The position numbers were made by a program, and so were the translations under genes. 64,000 nt of DNA. It comes from Octopus vulgaris. Lineage: Eukaryota. The stretch covers positions 119,350,001 through 119,414,000 of the forward strand of contig OX597816.1 of the NCBI GenBank assembly GCA_951406725.2, given 5' to 3'. Under the pieces are notes generated by a model. It had not been told where the DNA came from and ran no database searches. It saw only the letters and a program-made list of their open reading frames with translations. Positions 1 to 11,897 of the stretch are shown one piece after another; within the stretch, counting starts at the first letter, position 1; each line of letters opens with the position of its first letter.

Positions 1-158
1 GAGATATAGAGAAATAAAATGTACAGAAAGTCGCGGAAACATTAATGATATCTACGCCCAGAAAGTCGCGGAATACATATATATGATATATATATATATA
101 TATATATACATACATATGCATATATACATACGTATATGTACATACTTACGTCTATACG

Positions 159-216
<58 letters not shown>

Positions 217-562
217 TGTGTGTGTGTGTGTGTATCTGAATGTTTGTAACTTGGTTGTATAGACTGCAAAATAAACAGGAAATAACAGGTGTGTTGATTA
301 TGCCGGTAATAACCCAACAGACATTAGGTTCCACGAAGCGACTGTATTATCACTCTCTTTCCCCCTTTTTTCTCCTTCTCTTTCTCTTTTTCCCTCGCTC
401 CTCTCACTTACACTCATTTCCTCTCTTTCTTCCCCTCTCTCCTCGACCTATTGTTGATGAAATGATAGCATTCATACTGTCGGATAGAGAGTTTATTAAT
501 ATTGGTGTCTCTTAAGAGTTCATTATGTTTGTATCTGTTGATGTTATATCGACTGATAACGA

Positions 563-777
563 GGGTTTCGAATTTTGGCTCTAGGCCAGCAATTTCGAGG
601 GAGGGGTAAGTCGATTATATCGACCCCGATGCTCAATTGGTACTTATTTTATCAACTCCGAAAGAATGAAAGGCAAAGTCGACCTCGGCAGAATTTGAAC
701 TGAAAACGTAAAGACGGACGAAATGCCGGTAAGCATTTTACCCAGCGTGCTAACGATCCTGCCAGCTTGACGCCTTA
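563..777 (-). mobile_element. tRNA-derived SINE, family B
   Basis: Reverse complement matches the 21096 copy (GGCG.CAAGCTGGCAG...GTTCAAATTCTGCCGAGGTCGACTTTGCCTTTCAT...AATAAGTACCA...GGGGTCGATATAATCGAC). Confidence 0.8.
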
Positions 778-956
778 CTATGGACTGATAATATTCGTAA
801 TGCTGGAGACACTTATAATGTGGGTATCATTCTCGTGGGGCAAACAAACCAATTCTTCCACTCCAGATGTCCTTATCTTTCATAGCAGTCTTCATACTTC
901 ATATCCTCCACTTCATCCTCAGTTTTCTTCCACCAATTGATTTATATAAAATCTTC

Positions 957-1389
957 GGATCTTTTCGGTTTGAACGGCAGTTTTTTCTAGCGGTGTCATA
1001 TGAAATTGTCACCCATAATTATGATCCTAGTATCCATCTATTGCATTTCAATCTGTTTTAGGGTTAGGGTTAGTTAGGGTTAGGGTTAGGGGTGAGGGAA
1101 GGATATCTTTTTTTCTCCAGAAATGTAAATAAACCCAATCTGTTTCTTAAACGAAGGACATTCATACGGCACAGAATGTTTTCACCTCAATAGACGTCAT
1201 TGATTGGTTGAAATTGCAGAAATTGAAGAAAAAAAAAACAATAAATATCTAACAAACTATAGAATTTTTTTCAATAAAGCCAAGAGAAAAAGATGTTTTA
1301 TAAACACATTCTACCAGTATATGAAGTTTAAAAGTGTTTAGTTACGTGGAAATTATTTTTAAAAACTGCCGTTCAAACCGAAAAGATCC
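957..1389. mobile_element. MITE (Merlin-like) with ~29-bp TIRs, 8-bp TSD and internal TTAGGG repeats
   Basis: TIRs GGATCTTTTCGGTTTGAACGGCAGTTTTT / AAAAACTGCCGTTCAAACCGAAAAGATCC. TSD AAATCTTC at 949-956 and 1390-1397. GG..CC termini. Confidence 0.85.
1058..1091 (+). repeat. Interstitial telomere-like (TTAGGG)n inside the MITE
   Basis: TTAGGGTTAGGGTTAGTTAGGGTTAGGGTTAGGG. Confidence 0.9.
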
Positions 1390-1934
1390 AAATCTTCTTG
1401 ATCTACCGATACCTGTATGTCTAGCTGGGTATTTCATCTCTGCTTCTCCAACAGTACTCTGCATAACTTATTCTTCTTTCTCTGGTTAGCGAGGCGATGG
1501 TATGAAGACTTCCGTACCGTTATTGCTTTGTTTTTTAGGGTGGTGTCGCCAAGAAAGATTGAGAACCGCACAAAGCATTCACATGTGTGTGTATCGGCAA
1601 ATTTGTATTCTTGTTTAGTGTCCATACTAAAGAACCATGTATAAAATGTTGATGTTGGTGGTTTTAAAAGTTTATAAGAACCAATGTGGGAGCCTCTATG
1701 TTGTCACTGGATGTGCCAGAAACATTAATCAAATATCCATGGAATCCCACCCTAATTTTTTATTTTATAAAAGAAAGAGAACGAATAAAGTCATGATAGT
1801 CATGGCTAGAATGCTTTTGGTCATGGATCTGCTCAGTCAGTGCTGATCTCTGGGAGGGAGGCTGAGATAAAGGAATCAACATTGAATATTTTTAGCGCGG
1901 GATTTACTATGGTGCAAACTAAGAGGTCTTTTAT

Positions 1935-2128
1935 TTTTCACTTGTTTCATTCATTAAACTTCGGCCATGCAGAAGAATTTTAGTTGAATAAATCAGCCCC
2001 AATACTTATTATGTTTTTAAAGTCTGGTACTTATTCTATCGGCCTCTTTTGCCGAACTGCTAAGTTACGGGGACGTAAACACATCGACATTGGTTGTTAA
2101 GCGGAGGAGGGTGACAAACACAGACAGA
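1935..2128 (-). mobile_element. SINE family A, 3' part
   Basis: Matches the tail of the 47561 copy (CTTTTGCCGAAC.GCTAAGTTACGGGGACGTAAAC). Confidence 0.8.
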
Positions 2129-2139
2129 AAAATTCACAC

Positions 2140-2440
2140 CACTCAAGACTAGGCCCTCAAACCATACGCCTCTTACAAAAATGAAGCTCGCATTGTTTTA
2201 CAACATTGTCACCTGATTTGTTTACCTGGTCCGCATTATTCAACTTGATACTCAAAAGAAATAAAAGCAAGAGACCCCTATATCAAATTTATCCAAGAAA
2301 TACCATACAAACCTCCGACAGTTGGCTATATCTTGGCAAACAACTGCTTCCTAAAACATGACTTATAAGACAGCTCCAGGTGGTGCTATTACGTTAGACA
2401 TGGCCTAGGCCAATAATGACCGAAACCTATCGAAGTTACC
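2140..2440 (+). mobile_element. Decayed CR1-like LINE 3' end
   Basis: Remnant peptides LFNLI...FIQEIPYKPPTVGY, then 3' tail GGTGGTGCTATTACGTTAGACATGGCCTAGGCCAATAATGACCGAAACC, also seen at 45840 and 59133. Confidence 0.55.
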
Positions 2441-3492
2441 TCAGATATTTAAAGACATGTTGATTAGACAATAAGGAAGTTGAGACGGCTACTATTGTTG
2501 GGCTGCGTGTTGACCATCAGCTGGTTTTGCTTTATAGACAAAAACCTGATACAGACTGCAACGAGATGATCATTTGAGTCTATTCTTTGCTATCAAAACT
2601 TAAAACCACTACTTTAAGATATATCATTGGATAAAACAGTTGTGGGTTACGAGAAAATAGTAATAACATTTTTAAAATATTTTATTTTAGTTGGATTGAT
2701 ATTTCTTTTCTTCACAGATATAAAAAGGAATATGATATATGTGTCTTTTATTCTAGTTTACGATTAATCCACCCATGGGTAGACTGAGTGGAGCCAGTCG
2801 GCTAGATTGTTACTTTAATTCAAATTAGCTCAAATTTACAATTGTCAAACACTATGTCACACAGATAACTGCCTGATGAATGCGTTATTATGATTACAGG
2901 TGTCTGTGGAATACTCAGCCATTTACTCAATAACTCAATATGCAGTTCCGAGGATCAAAGAAGTGAACTGTTTATCGCCGTCGAAAACAGAGGGCTAGTG
3001 GTAAAGGCAAACACACGCGCACGCACACACACACATATGTACATAATTCAATATGTATAAATTGACATAGAACCTTATAGCTGTTGGTACATAAAAATAT
3101 ATTTCGAGATATATGGTAGGCAAGCACAGATACCAGATACCGGATATATGCAGACATAGAGATATAGACTAACACACAAGCTTACACATAAAACATCAAT
3201 AAAGGAGAGGTTGGGGAAAGAAACACACAAGTAATTGTGTGTTAAGATTGTCAACAAACTGTCAAAAAATATACATACAGCTACATAAACACACACACAC
3301 ACACACACAAATATATGTACAGCCACATACGTAAACTAAATGTCTAGATATATGGATAATAGATGAATATTTTATATGTGTTTGTATGAAATAACACGCA
3401 TGTAAGAATGTTTGAATAAAGAAATATCCTAATATTTAAAGATTATTATTGAACTATGGACGTTAGCATATGTGCAAATATAAAATGAGTGA

Positions 3493-3524
<32 letters not shown>

Positions 3525-4044
3525 CTCTCTCCCTCTCTCTCTCTCTCTCTCTACTGTAGTTGCGGGATTTGTTGTGTATATAAACAGACTGGCTATTTAT
3601 TCGTTTGGGACTGGCCAAGTGATGTGGACATCTCTGATGAGAACCTATTAAGTCTCGAAAATCAATTTTGTTTATCATCTTTTCAAACTAGGAAGAAATT
3701 TGCCTTGTGCATATATCCACTGCGTAGGTTTGCACACACACACGCATACATACATGTAAGTGTGTGAGCGTGTGTGTAATTACTGGAGTCACACGAAGCA
3801 ATATTGATCGAATTGTATACGTGTGCAATCACATTCAACACATCCGTGCGCGCTCCAATGTGGAAAGACCTTCACTTTGGCGTCCGTATCTGATGAAGCG
3901 TAACTATAAAAGAACGCACGTGTCCTATGGTCCGATGACGTCATTCATATGACCAGAATTTTTCTACTGGGTCGTTTTCGGCAAAGATCTTCCTAAGTCC
4001 TACTATACACGAACGTATCAAATATAATTGTATAAATATATATA

Positions 4045-4182
4045 TGGTAAGAAGTTTGTTTCCCAACCACATGAAACCTTGGGCAAATGTTTTCTACAAT
4101 AGCCTTGGGTCGATCAAAGCCTTCTGAGTGGATTAGTTAGACGGAAACTGAAAGAAGCCCGTCGTATATATATATGTTGATA

Positions 4183-4225
<43 letters not shown>

Positions 4226-4318
4226 TACCACTGCTTGATAACCGGTGTTGGTGTGTTTACGTCCTGCAACTTGGCGGTTCGGCAAAAGGAACCGATAGAG
4301 TAAATACTAGACTTTAAA
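4045..4318 (+). mobile_element. SINE family A, partial, with internal (TA)n(TG)n
   Basis: GGTAAGAAGTTTG.TTCCCAACCACATG...GACGGAAACTGAAAGAAGCCCGTCG...GCGGTTCGGCAAAAGG.ACCGATAG. Confidence 0.8.
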
Positions 4319-4323
4319 AATCC

Positions 4324-4473
4324 TACATTATTTACAATTGACAGATATTTGTCCTCATCTTGTTTGTTGTTAACACAACGTTTCGGCTGATATACCCTCC
4401 AGCTTTCATCAGGTGTCTTGGGGAAATTTCGAACCTAGGTTCTCATACCTAAGGTATGATGTTGTTGTTGTTA

Positions 4474-4522
<49 letters not shown>

Positions 4523-4672
4523 CACTGCCTGGAATCGAACTCGGAATCTTGGGGTTAGTAGCCCACGCTCTTAACCACTACGCTATATGCCCGTGGGCAT
4601 ATGATAATAACAATAACATCGAAAAATACCTTAGGAATGAGAACTCAGGTTCGAAATTTCCCCAAGATACAC
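4324..4672 (-). mobile_element. tRNA-headed non-autonomous element with PLE-like hammerhead tail and partial inverted duplication
   Basis: Minus strand: A box TAGCGTAGTGG and B box GAGTTCGATTCC (4592-4522), then (AAT)n, then an HHR at 4417-4372. 4413-4458 is repeated inverted at 4626-4670. Confidence 0.7.
4372..4417 (-). ncRNA. Minimal type I hammerhead ribozyme motif
   Basis: GACAC-CTGATGA-AAGCTG-gagggtatat-CAGCC-GAAAC-GTT-GTGTT: both core boxes, stem I (GACAC/GTGTT), stem II and a palindromic AACGTT stem III. Confidence 0.7.
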
Positions 4673-4680
4673 ACACGCAT

Positions 4681-4711
<31 letters not shown>

Positions 4712-4714
4712 CAC

Positions 4715-4754
<40 letters not shown>

Positions 4755-4758
<4 letters not shown>

Positions 4759-5191
4759 CAAAAGGGACATTAGCCATTTGAATGTGGCTAGGGACAGGGC
4801 AGGACGGTGGGGGTGTTACTGTTGCATTTAGCCCTAGGCGAACATCAACGTCATCAGAAAGGCTTGACACCATCACGGCGTCCTCTATCCTGCAAGGGAG
4901 ATCATCCACCGAAGAAGCGGAAGCCACATACGGACCCAGGTTTCGAGGTGTTTACCTCGAAACCTGGGTCCGTATGTGGCTTCCGCTTCTTCGGTGGATG
5001 ATCTCCCTTTGCAGGATAGAGGACGCCGTGATGGTGTCAAGCCTTTCTGATGACGTTGATGTTCGCCTGGGGCTAAATGCAACAGTAACACCCCCACCGT
5101 CCTGCCCTGTCCCTAGCCACATTCAAATGGCTAATGTCCCTTTTGTTATGGAGCAGTTACTGTCTATATCTCGTTTAGAGAATTATTATTG

Positions 5192-5192
<1 letters not shown>
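4755..5192. repeat. Near-perfect fold-back palindrome (~195-bp arms, 4-nt loop), probably PLE-derived
   Basis: 4755-4949 is the reverse complement of 4954-5149, with only one mismatch and one indel seen. Flanked by (TA)n on both sides. Confidence 0.9.
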
Positions 5193-5273
<81 letters not shown>

Positions 5274-5288
5274 GTATATATATGTATA

Positions 5289-5351
<63 letters not shown>

Positions 5352-5415
5352 GTATATATATGTATGTATATATATGTATATATATGTATATATATGTATT
5401 GTCTACCAAATCCAC

Positions 5416-5503
5416 TAAGTCCCGGGGTCGATTTTGTTCGACTAAAGGTGTTGCTCCTGCATAGCTGCAGTCAAATGACTGAAACAAGTAAAAGATTAAA
5501 AGA
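5416..5503 (+). mobile_element. SINE family A tail fragment
   Basis: AAGTCCCGGGGTCGATTTTGTTCGACTAAAGG...GCAGTCAAATGACTGAAACAAGTAAAAG. Confidence 0.8.
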
Positions 5504-5563
5504 ATATATATATACACACACAGACACATTATATATATACATACATATATATATATATATATA

Positions 5564-5777
5564 TACTCTTATTTACTCTTTTACTTGTTTCAGTCATTTG
5601 ACTGCGGCCATGCTGGAGCACCGCCTTTTAGTCGAGCAAATCAACCCCGGGACTTATTCTTTGTAAGCCCAGTACTTATTCTATCGGTCTCTATTGCCGA
5701 ACCGCTAAGTGACGGGGACGTAAACACACCAGCATCGGTTGTGAAGCAATGCTAGGGGGACAAACATAGACACACAA

Positions 5778-5808
<31 letters not shown>

Positions 5809-5940
5809 CATATATACGACAGGCTTCTTTCAGTTTCCGTCTACCAAATCCACTCACAAGGCATTGGTCGGCCCGGGGCTATAGCAGAAACCATATGGTT
5901 GGTTAGCAAGCTACTTACCACACAGCCACTCCTGCGCCTA
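5564..5940 (-). mobile_element. SINE family A, near full length with internal deletion
   Basis: Aligns to the 51078 copy from tail to head (…CACAGCCACTCCTGCGCC), lacking ~40 bp after ATAGCAGAA. Confidence 0.9.
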
Positions 5941-5946
5941 TATATA

Positions 5947-6026
<80 letters not shown>

Positions 6027-6031
6027 ATGTA

Positions 6032-6086
<55 letters not shown>

Positions 6087-6766
6087 CATACACACACACA
6101 AGTGCACTCACATTTGTAATGCATCAAACTGTGGTTTCTTTGTATATATCTAAACACACAGACAAGCCTATCCAAAAATATACGTACTTATATGTATATA
6201 CGCGCGCGCGCACGTGTGTGTTTTTGTAGGCGTGAGCATGTGCGTTGGTGTCCGTCCGTTGTATGTGAATACACACTTATAATTCTATACAAATGGATAA
6301 TGCGTACAATGAAATATGAAGAAGTTGAATGATAAATCCCTTTTAATGATGTGATACCAACAAACACGAGGAAAATAATCGATTTTTCCTATCTACATGG
6401 GGATTGCTGTTACAATTCACTGATTAAAATTGAGTTTTAATATCGGATTCGGAAACAAGATTACTTTATATATTTATTTCTTTATGTGTTTGATTGCAAA
6501 CACATACTATCTCTCTCACTCTCTTTCTCTCTCTCTCTCTCTCTCACTCACACACACATACACACACATAAATGTATATATGTGTATACACATACATATA
6601 CATATATATATACATACATACACATGTATGTACATACACATACATAAGCGTACATACATATAAATACATATACATATATATATATACAAATACATACATA
6701 TACATACATATACATACACATACATACATAAATTTACATACATCTATATATATATCTATATATACC

Positions 6767-6825
<59 letters not shown>

Positions 6826-6972
6826 ATACATATACATACATATATATACATGCATATATATATATATATATATGTATGTATATACATATACATACATATA
6901 TATACATGCATATATATACATATATATATATATACATATATATGTATATACATATACATATATACATATCTG

Positions 6973-7040
<68 letters not shown>

Positions 7041-7714
7041 GTATCTTTTCATAAAGTCGAAGTTTGGTGTAGAATAGTATAGATGGAATGAAACGTTTAC
7101 GAGATTGTGAGTGATTGAGTGAATGCTATGCATGCGCAAGTACGTAAGTGTAAGAGGAGAAAAGCGAAAGTGCAAGGAGAATGAAATGGAAGCCAGGTGA
7201 GCGTAAACGACCAGAATAGACACGAACCAACAGACTGACAAACACCGCACAGATAAAAGTACAAACAGAAAGACAATATAATGCATAGTTCATCACATGA
7301 GCTGTCGATCCAAAAGTTATAACTCATTTGTGGCATAAAATATGGACGAAATAAAGTAATTAACTGCCTTAGTATTAATTAATTGCATTTAATTAATTGG
7401 GTTGGTATTTGTAGCGGCAATGCAAGTGAAATTAAAATAAATTACTTTGATGTGTTAATTAAACACAGGTTTATTCTAAGAGAAGAAACGTGTACAAAGA
7501 TAATAAAATAATTTTACTCCAACACAAATTGTTGTACGGTATAAAATTGTGTGTTTGTGTATATGTATGCATGTGTGAATGTGTGTGTGTGATGTGTACG
7601 AGTGTGTGAAAGACACACATATCCACAGTGTATGTATTTGCTTATGTATATGTATGTGTGTGAATATTTCTGAAATTATATCTCTTTATATATACATAAT
7701 TAAAGGGTATTTAT

Positions 7715-7765
<51 letters not shown>

Positions 7766-8004
7766 TCTTTTTTGGAACAGTAAATTTCGAAGGAGATAGA
7801 GCTATAAACAACAGAGTGTAAATACTAGGTTTAGAAAAGCCCATGGGGAGAAAATATCGAAAATAGACTTTTTCTGTTTACAGAGATTGTTTAACTCAAT
7901 ATTTAGTCGCTATTGTTTATAGCATTGTCTGATTCGAGATTTACTATTCCAAAAAGGAATTATTTCATGTTGTGTCGAAAGCCTCTTCATTTTCATAGCA
8001 TCAA

Positions 8005-8061
<57 letters not shown>

Positions 8062-8119
8062 ATAATATATATAAATACCATAATAAAAACGTGAAAACCA
8101 CACCATATGCATATATGAA

Positions 8120-8189
<70 letters not shown>

Positions 8190-8199
8190 TATGTATATA

Positions 8200-8231
<32 letters not shown>

Positions 8232-8295
8232 CGTACGTATATAAATATATATATGTATATATACATATATATATATACATATGTATATACATATG

Positions 8296-8369
<74 letters not shown>

Positions 8370-8391
8370 TATATAAATATATGTGTGTGTA

Positions 8392-8427
<36 letters not shown>

Positions 8428-8435
8428 AGTACATA

Positions 8436-9219
8436 TCAGTTGAATAAAGTTAAAATATGGTGTAGTTGTCACCTTTTTTATTATGATATTTAAAAAAATA
8501 TAAATTGTTTTACAATGCTGAAGTGTGTTAAACATTTAAAAAATATTTTGTAATGTTCATAACGTTCAATAAGTGCTTTCATACGTTCATAGTAATCGTC
8601 AGATTTCAAAATGTATTTAACTGACAGCTGAGTTCTTGACAACTGTAGTAAAATGATTGACTTCTTTCTTTTTGTACCTCATACCTCCAACAAGCCGAAT
8701 TTTTGGAATACGGTTTTAACCAGTTAATGCTGTGGGTTAGAAATATCTTTAACATATGAATATAAACAAATTGCAGAAGGCTCCCACCAGTTGAAATAAA
8801 AGCGACCGAAACCAACTAAGTTTGCTCACTCATAAAACCATTACATGTAAACTGCAAGCAACTTGATTAAAATAAAGGCGGGATCTATGCCAGTAATATC
8901 GGTACACCCGGCAACCCGTGACGTTTAAGCTGCGTGCGAATTGGTCAAAACCGTATTCCAAACATTCGGCTTGTTGTAACTCTCCAAGAGGTTCAAAAAG
9001 GAAAAAATCTGTCATTTTACTACAGTTATCAAGAACTCAACTGTCAGTTAAACACATTTTGAAATCTGACAATTACTATGAATGTATGAAAGCGCTTATT
9101 GAACTTTATGAACATTACAAACTAATTTTTTAAATGTTTAACGCACTTCAACATTGTACGAAAAAGTTTTTTTTTAAATCCCATAATAAAAAACAAAAAC
9201 CAGACGATGTTTCAACTGA
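8436..9219. mobile_element. MITE with ~280-bp diverged TIRs and TA TSD (Tc1/mariner-like)
   Basis: TA-TCAGTTGAA ... TTCAACTGA-TA. 8474-8735 is the reverse complement of 8940-9192 (e.g. GTCAGATTTCAAAATG / CATTTTGAAATCTGAC). Confidence 0.8.
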
Positions 9220-9293
9220 TATATAATTCTATACACATTTACACAAATTCGAAATATACATATATATATATATACATATACATATGTATATAC

Positions 9294-9345
<52 letters not shown>

Positions 9346-9439
9346 CTAGGTACATAGCTAGATAAATACATACATACACGCGCGCACACATAGGTATGTG
9401 TATTATGTAAATGTGTATATAATAATGTGTGTGTTTGTG

Positions 9440-9476
<37 letters not shown>

Positions 9477-9512
9477 GACTATATCTATACATGAATATCT
9501 GTGTATATATAG

Positions 9513-9565
<53 letters not shown>

Positions 9566-9612
9566 TATATGATACGTATATATATATATATAGATATATG
9601 TATATACATATA

Positions 9613-9646
<34 letters not shown>

Positions 9647-10314
9647 CATATATATACCCATACATACGCATATACACATACACATATATATACTTATATA
9701 TACGTATATATATACGTATATACACACACATAAACAGAAAAGAGGCAGAGAGACTCTTGTACTTGTTGGGACCAAAGACAAAATTGCGGATTTTCATGTG
9801 TTATGTTTTCGTCGTTTTCCCTGTTGCCGGTAACTGACTTCGTAAAAATTGCCAGTTGTCCTATAAGTTGACATAATCTCTGCCTTGTGTTCATTACATA
9901 TATTGTTCGGTATTTGACGTGATGTTGCTCAGTAAAAAATAAATGATAAGTTTTGATTCGCATTGTATAGGATGCTTATATGAAGTAGTTATCATGTAAT
10001 GTCTGCAGATACACTCTTGTCTTTCCTTTGCCTTATGTACTTTGAAAGAGATGTAGTATGTTCTTTGTGACGCTCTTGTGTTATAAAAAAGACCTTGAAA
10101 TTGTGTAACATTTATATTTTTCTCAAAGGCATCAGTACTATAAGATAAGATTGGTCACTTAACATGTATTATGAAGCTAGGTTGTTTTAATGGCATTTTT
10201 TAATGAATTTTTAATAATAAATATCCAATGAACGGATTAAGTAATTGTCATTTCTATGCATTTCCTAAAATTTCTGGGAGGATATTCACAGCTATAACAT
10301 CACTATTTCGCTGG

Positions 10315-10381
<67 letters not shown>

Positions 10382-10476
10382 TAGATATATAGATAGGTAG
10401 ATAGAGATACACACACAAACACATACTGTATTAATAATACACGAACACAGATGCATATATATATATATAATATATA

Positions 10477-10667
10477 CAGCATTGGCCAAAATTATTAGGC
10501 CACCTCAATGTTTTGGCGTTCTGCTGTCTCATTGTCAATGAAACTCGTGCACTTGGTAGATTATGGTATATTTCACAATATCCATTGGTTTCAATATCTG
10601 GTTGACCCTCCTTTAGCATCAATTACCGCTTTTATACTGTACTGGACATATGCAACCAATAATGAGG

Positions 10668-10670
<3 letters not shown>
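10477..10670 (-). mobile_element. Tc1 deletion derivative
   Basis: Terminus TA-CAGCATTGGCCAAAATTATT. Minus strand encodes the typical Tc1 transposase C-terminus KAVIDAKGGSTRY*. Confidence 0.75.
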
Positions 10671-10731
<61 letters not shown>

Positions 10732-10751
10732 GTGTGTGTGTGTGTGTGATG

Positions 10752-10964
10752 TTACATTTTCAAATGTAACCACATGTGAATCGTTGGCGATTTTTCCCCT
10801 CCATCTTCCTTTTCTATTGGACTTTCCTCTGTCTCCTGTTTCTGAAGAAGAGCTTTGCTTGAAACATAAAACCACCTTTTTTTCCATCCCTGAGCGTCTG
10901 CTAATACGTCCTCGCGTTGTTGCTTTTTGTGTTTGTTCTTCGTCTCTTTTTTGTTTTTGGATAT
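10752..10964 (+). mobile_element. PLE pseudo-LTR fragment with hammerhead motif
   Basis: GTTT-CTGAAGA-AGAGC-tt-TGCTT-GAAAC-ATA-AAAC (10838-10872), followed by CCTGAGCGTCTGCTAATAC, homologous to the tail of the Penelope at 28064. Confidence 0.7.
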
Positions 10965-10970
10965 ACATAT

Positions 10971-11023
<53 letters not shown>

Positions 11024-11411
11024 TATATATGCACATACAATATTTATAATACACGAACACAGATGCATACCTAAATATATTATATATATGTGAGTCTGTG
11101 TATATGGATGTATGTGTGTGCGCGCGTGCGCAAGTAGGTGGGTGCGTGTATGTTTATCTGCATGTCAGTGTGTGATATATCTCTAAATAAGCATAATATA
11201 TTTGAGCCTCAATATGAAGAAAAATAAGCAATTGACTACCAAGCTGTTTACTTTTCGCAGCGGAAGTAGAGCACACTGTTTACTTAATGGTATGCCTTAC
11301 CCTACTTTACACTACTATATGAATTAATCAAATAACGTTGTGTAATACACTATAAATTACTTCATTCTTTCATACAACAGATTTGCAGTGAAAATCAGCT
11401 ATGCAGTTGTT

Positions 11412-11496
<85 letters not shown>

Positions 11497-11824
11497 AGTA
11501 TGATAAACACATGATGCGGTTTATGTCATTTCTTCCTTACGTACGTTTCACCAGTGTGGCTTTTTCATTCTCTGCAGTGGGTGTTCCAGTTGCCCTTGGA
11601 GCCGCAACAGTTCTTCAGGGGAACACTTCAAGTGCAGCTCTAAACTTTCCAGTAGTATTTGGACATCTAACTGTACGCACAAGAAATACTGTAAGGTCAG
11701 TGGTGTCTGTGTGTGTGGGGGGGTTATATATATGTGTGTGTGTGTATACACATATATATACATGCATATAAAAATAAATTTACATATATATCCATACATA
11801 AATACATGTATATAAATATACACC

Positions 11825-11893
<69 letters not shown>

Positions 11894-11897
11894 AAAT

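Noticed and set aside
1058-1091. True telomere or chromosome fusion site
   Set aside because: Only about five units, and they lie inside a TIR/TSD-bounded element.
3630-3675. Hammerhead CTGATGA...GAAA
   Set aside because: Both boxes are present but stem II is poor and there is no convincing stem I or III.
4522-4592. tRNA gene
   Set aside because: A and B boxes are present but the acceptor stem does not close; it is a SINE-like head.
4782-5666. 294-aa ORF with a mirrored peptide on the opposite strand
   Set aside because: Artefact of the palindrome plus (TA)n and a SINE; no recognisable domain.
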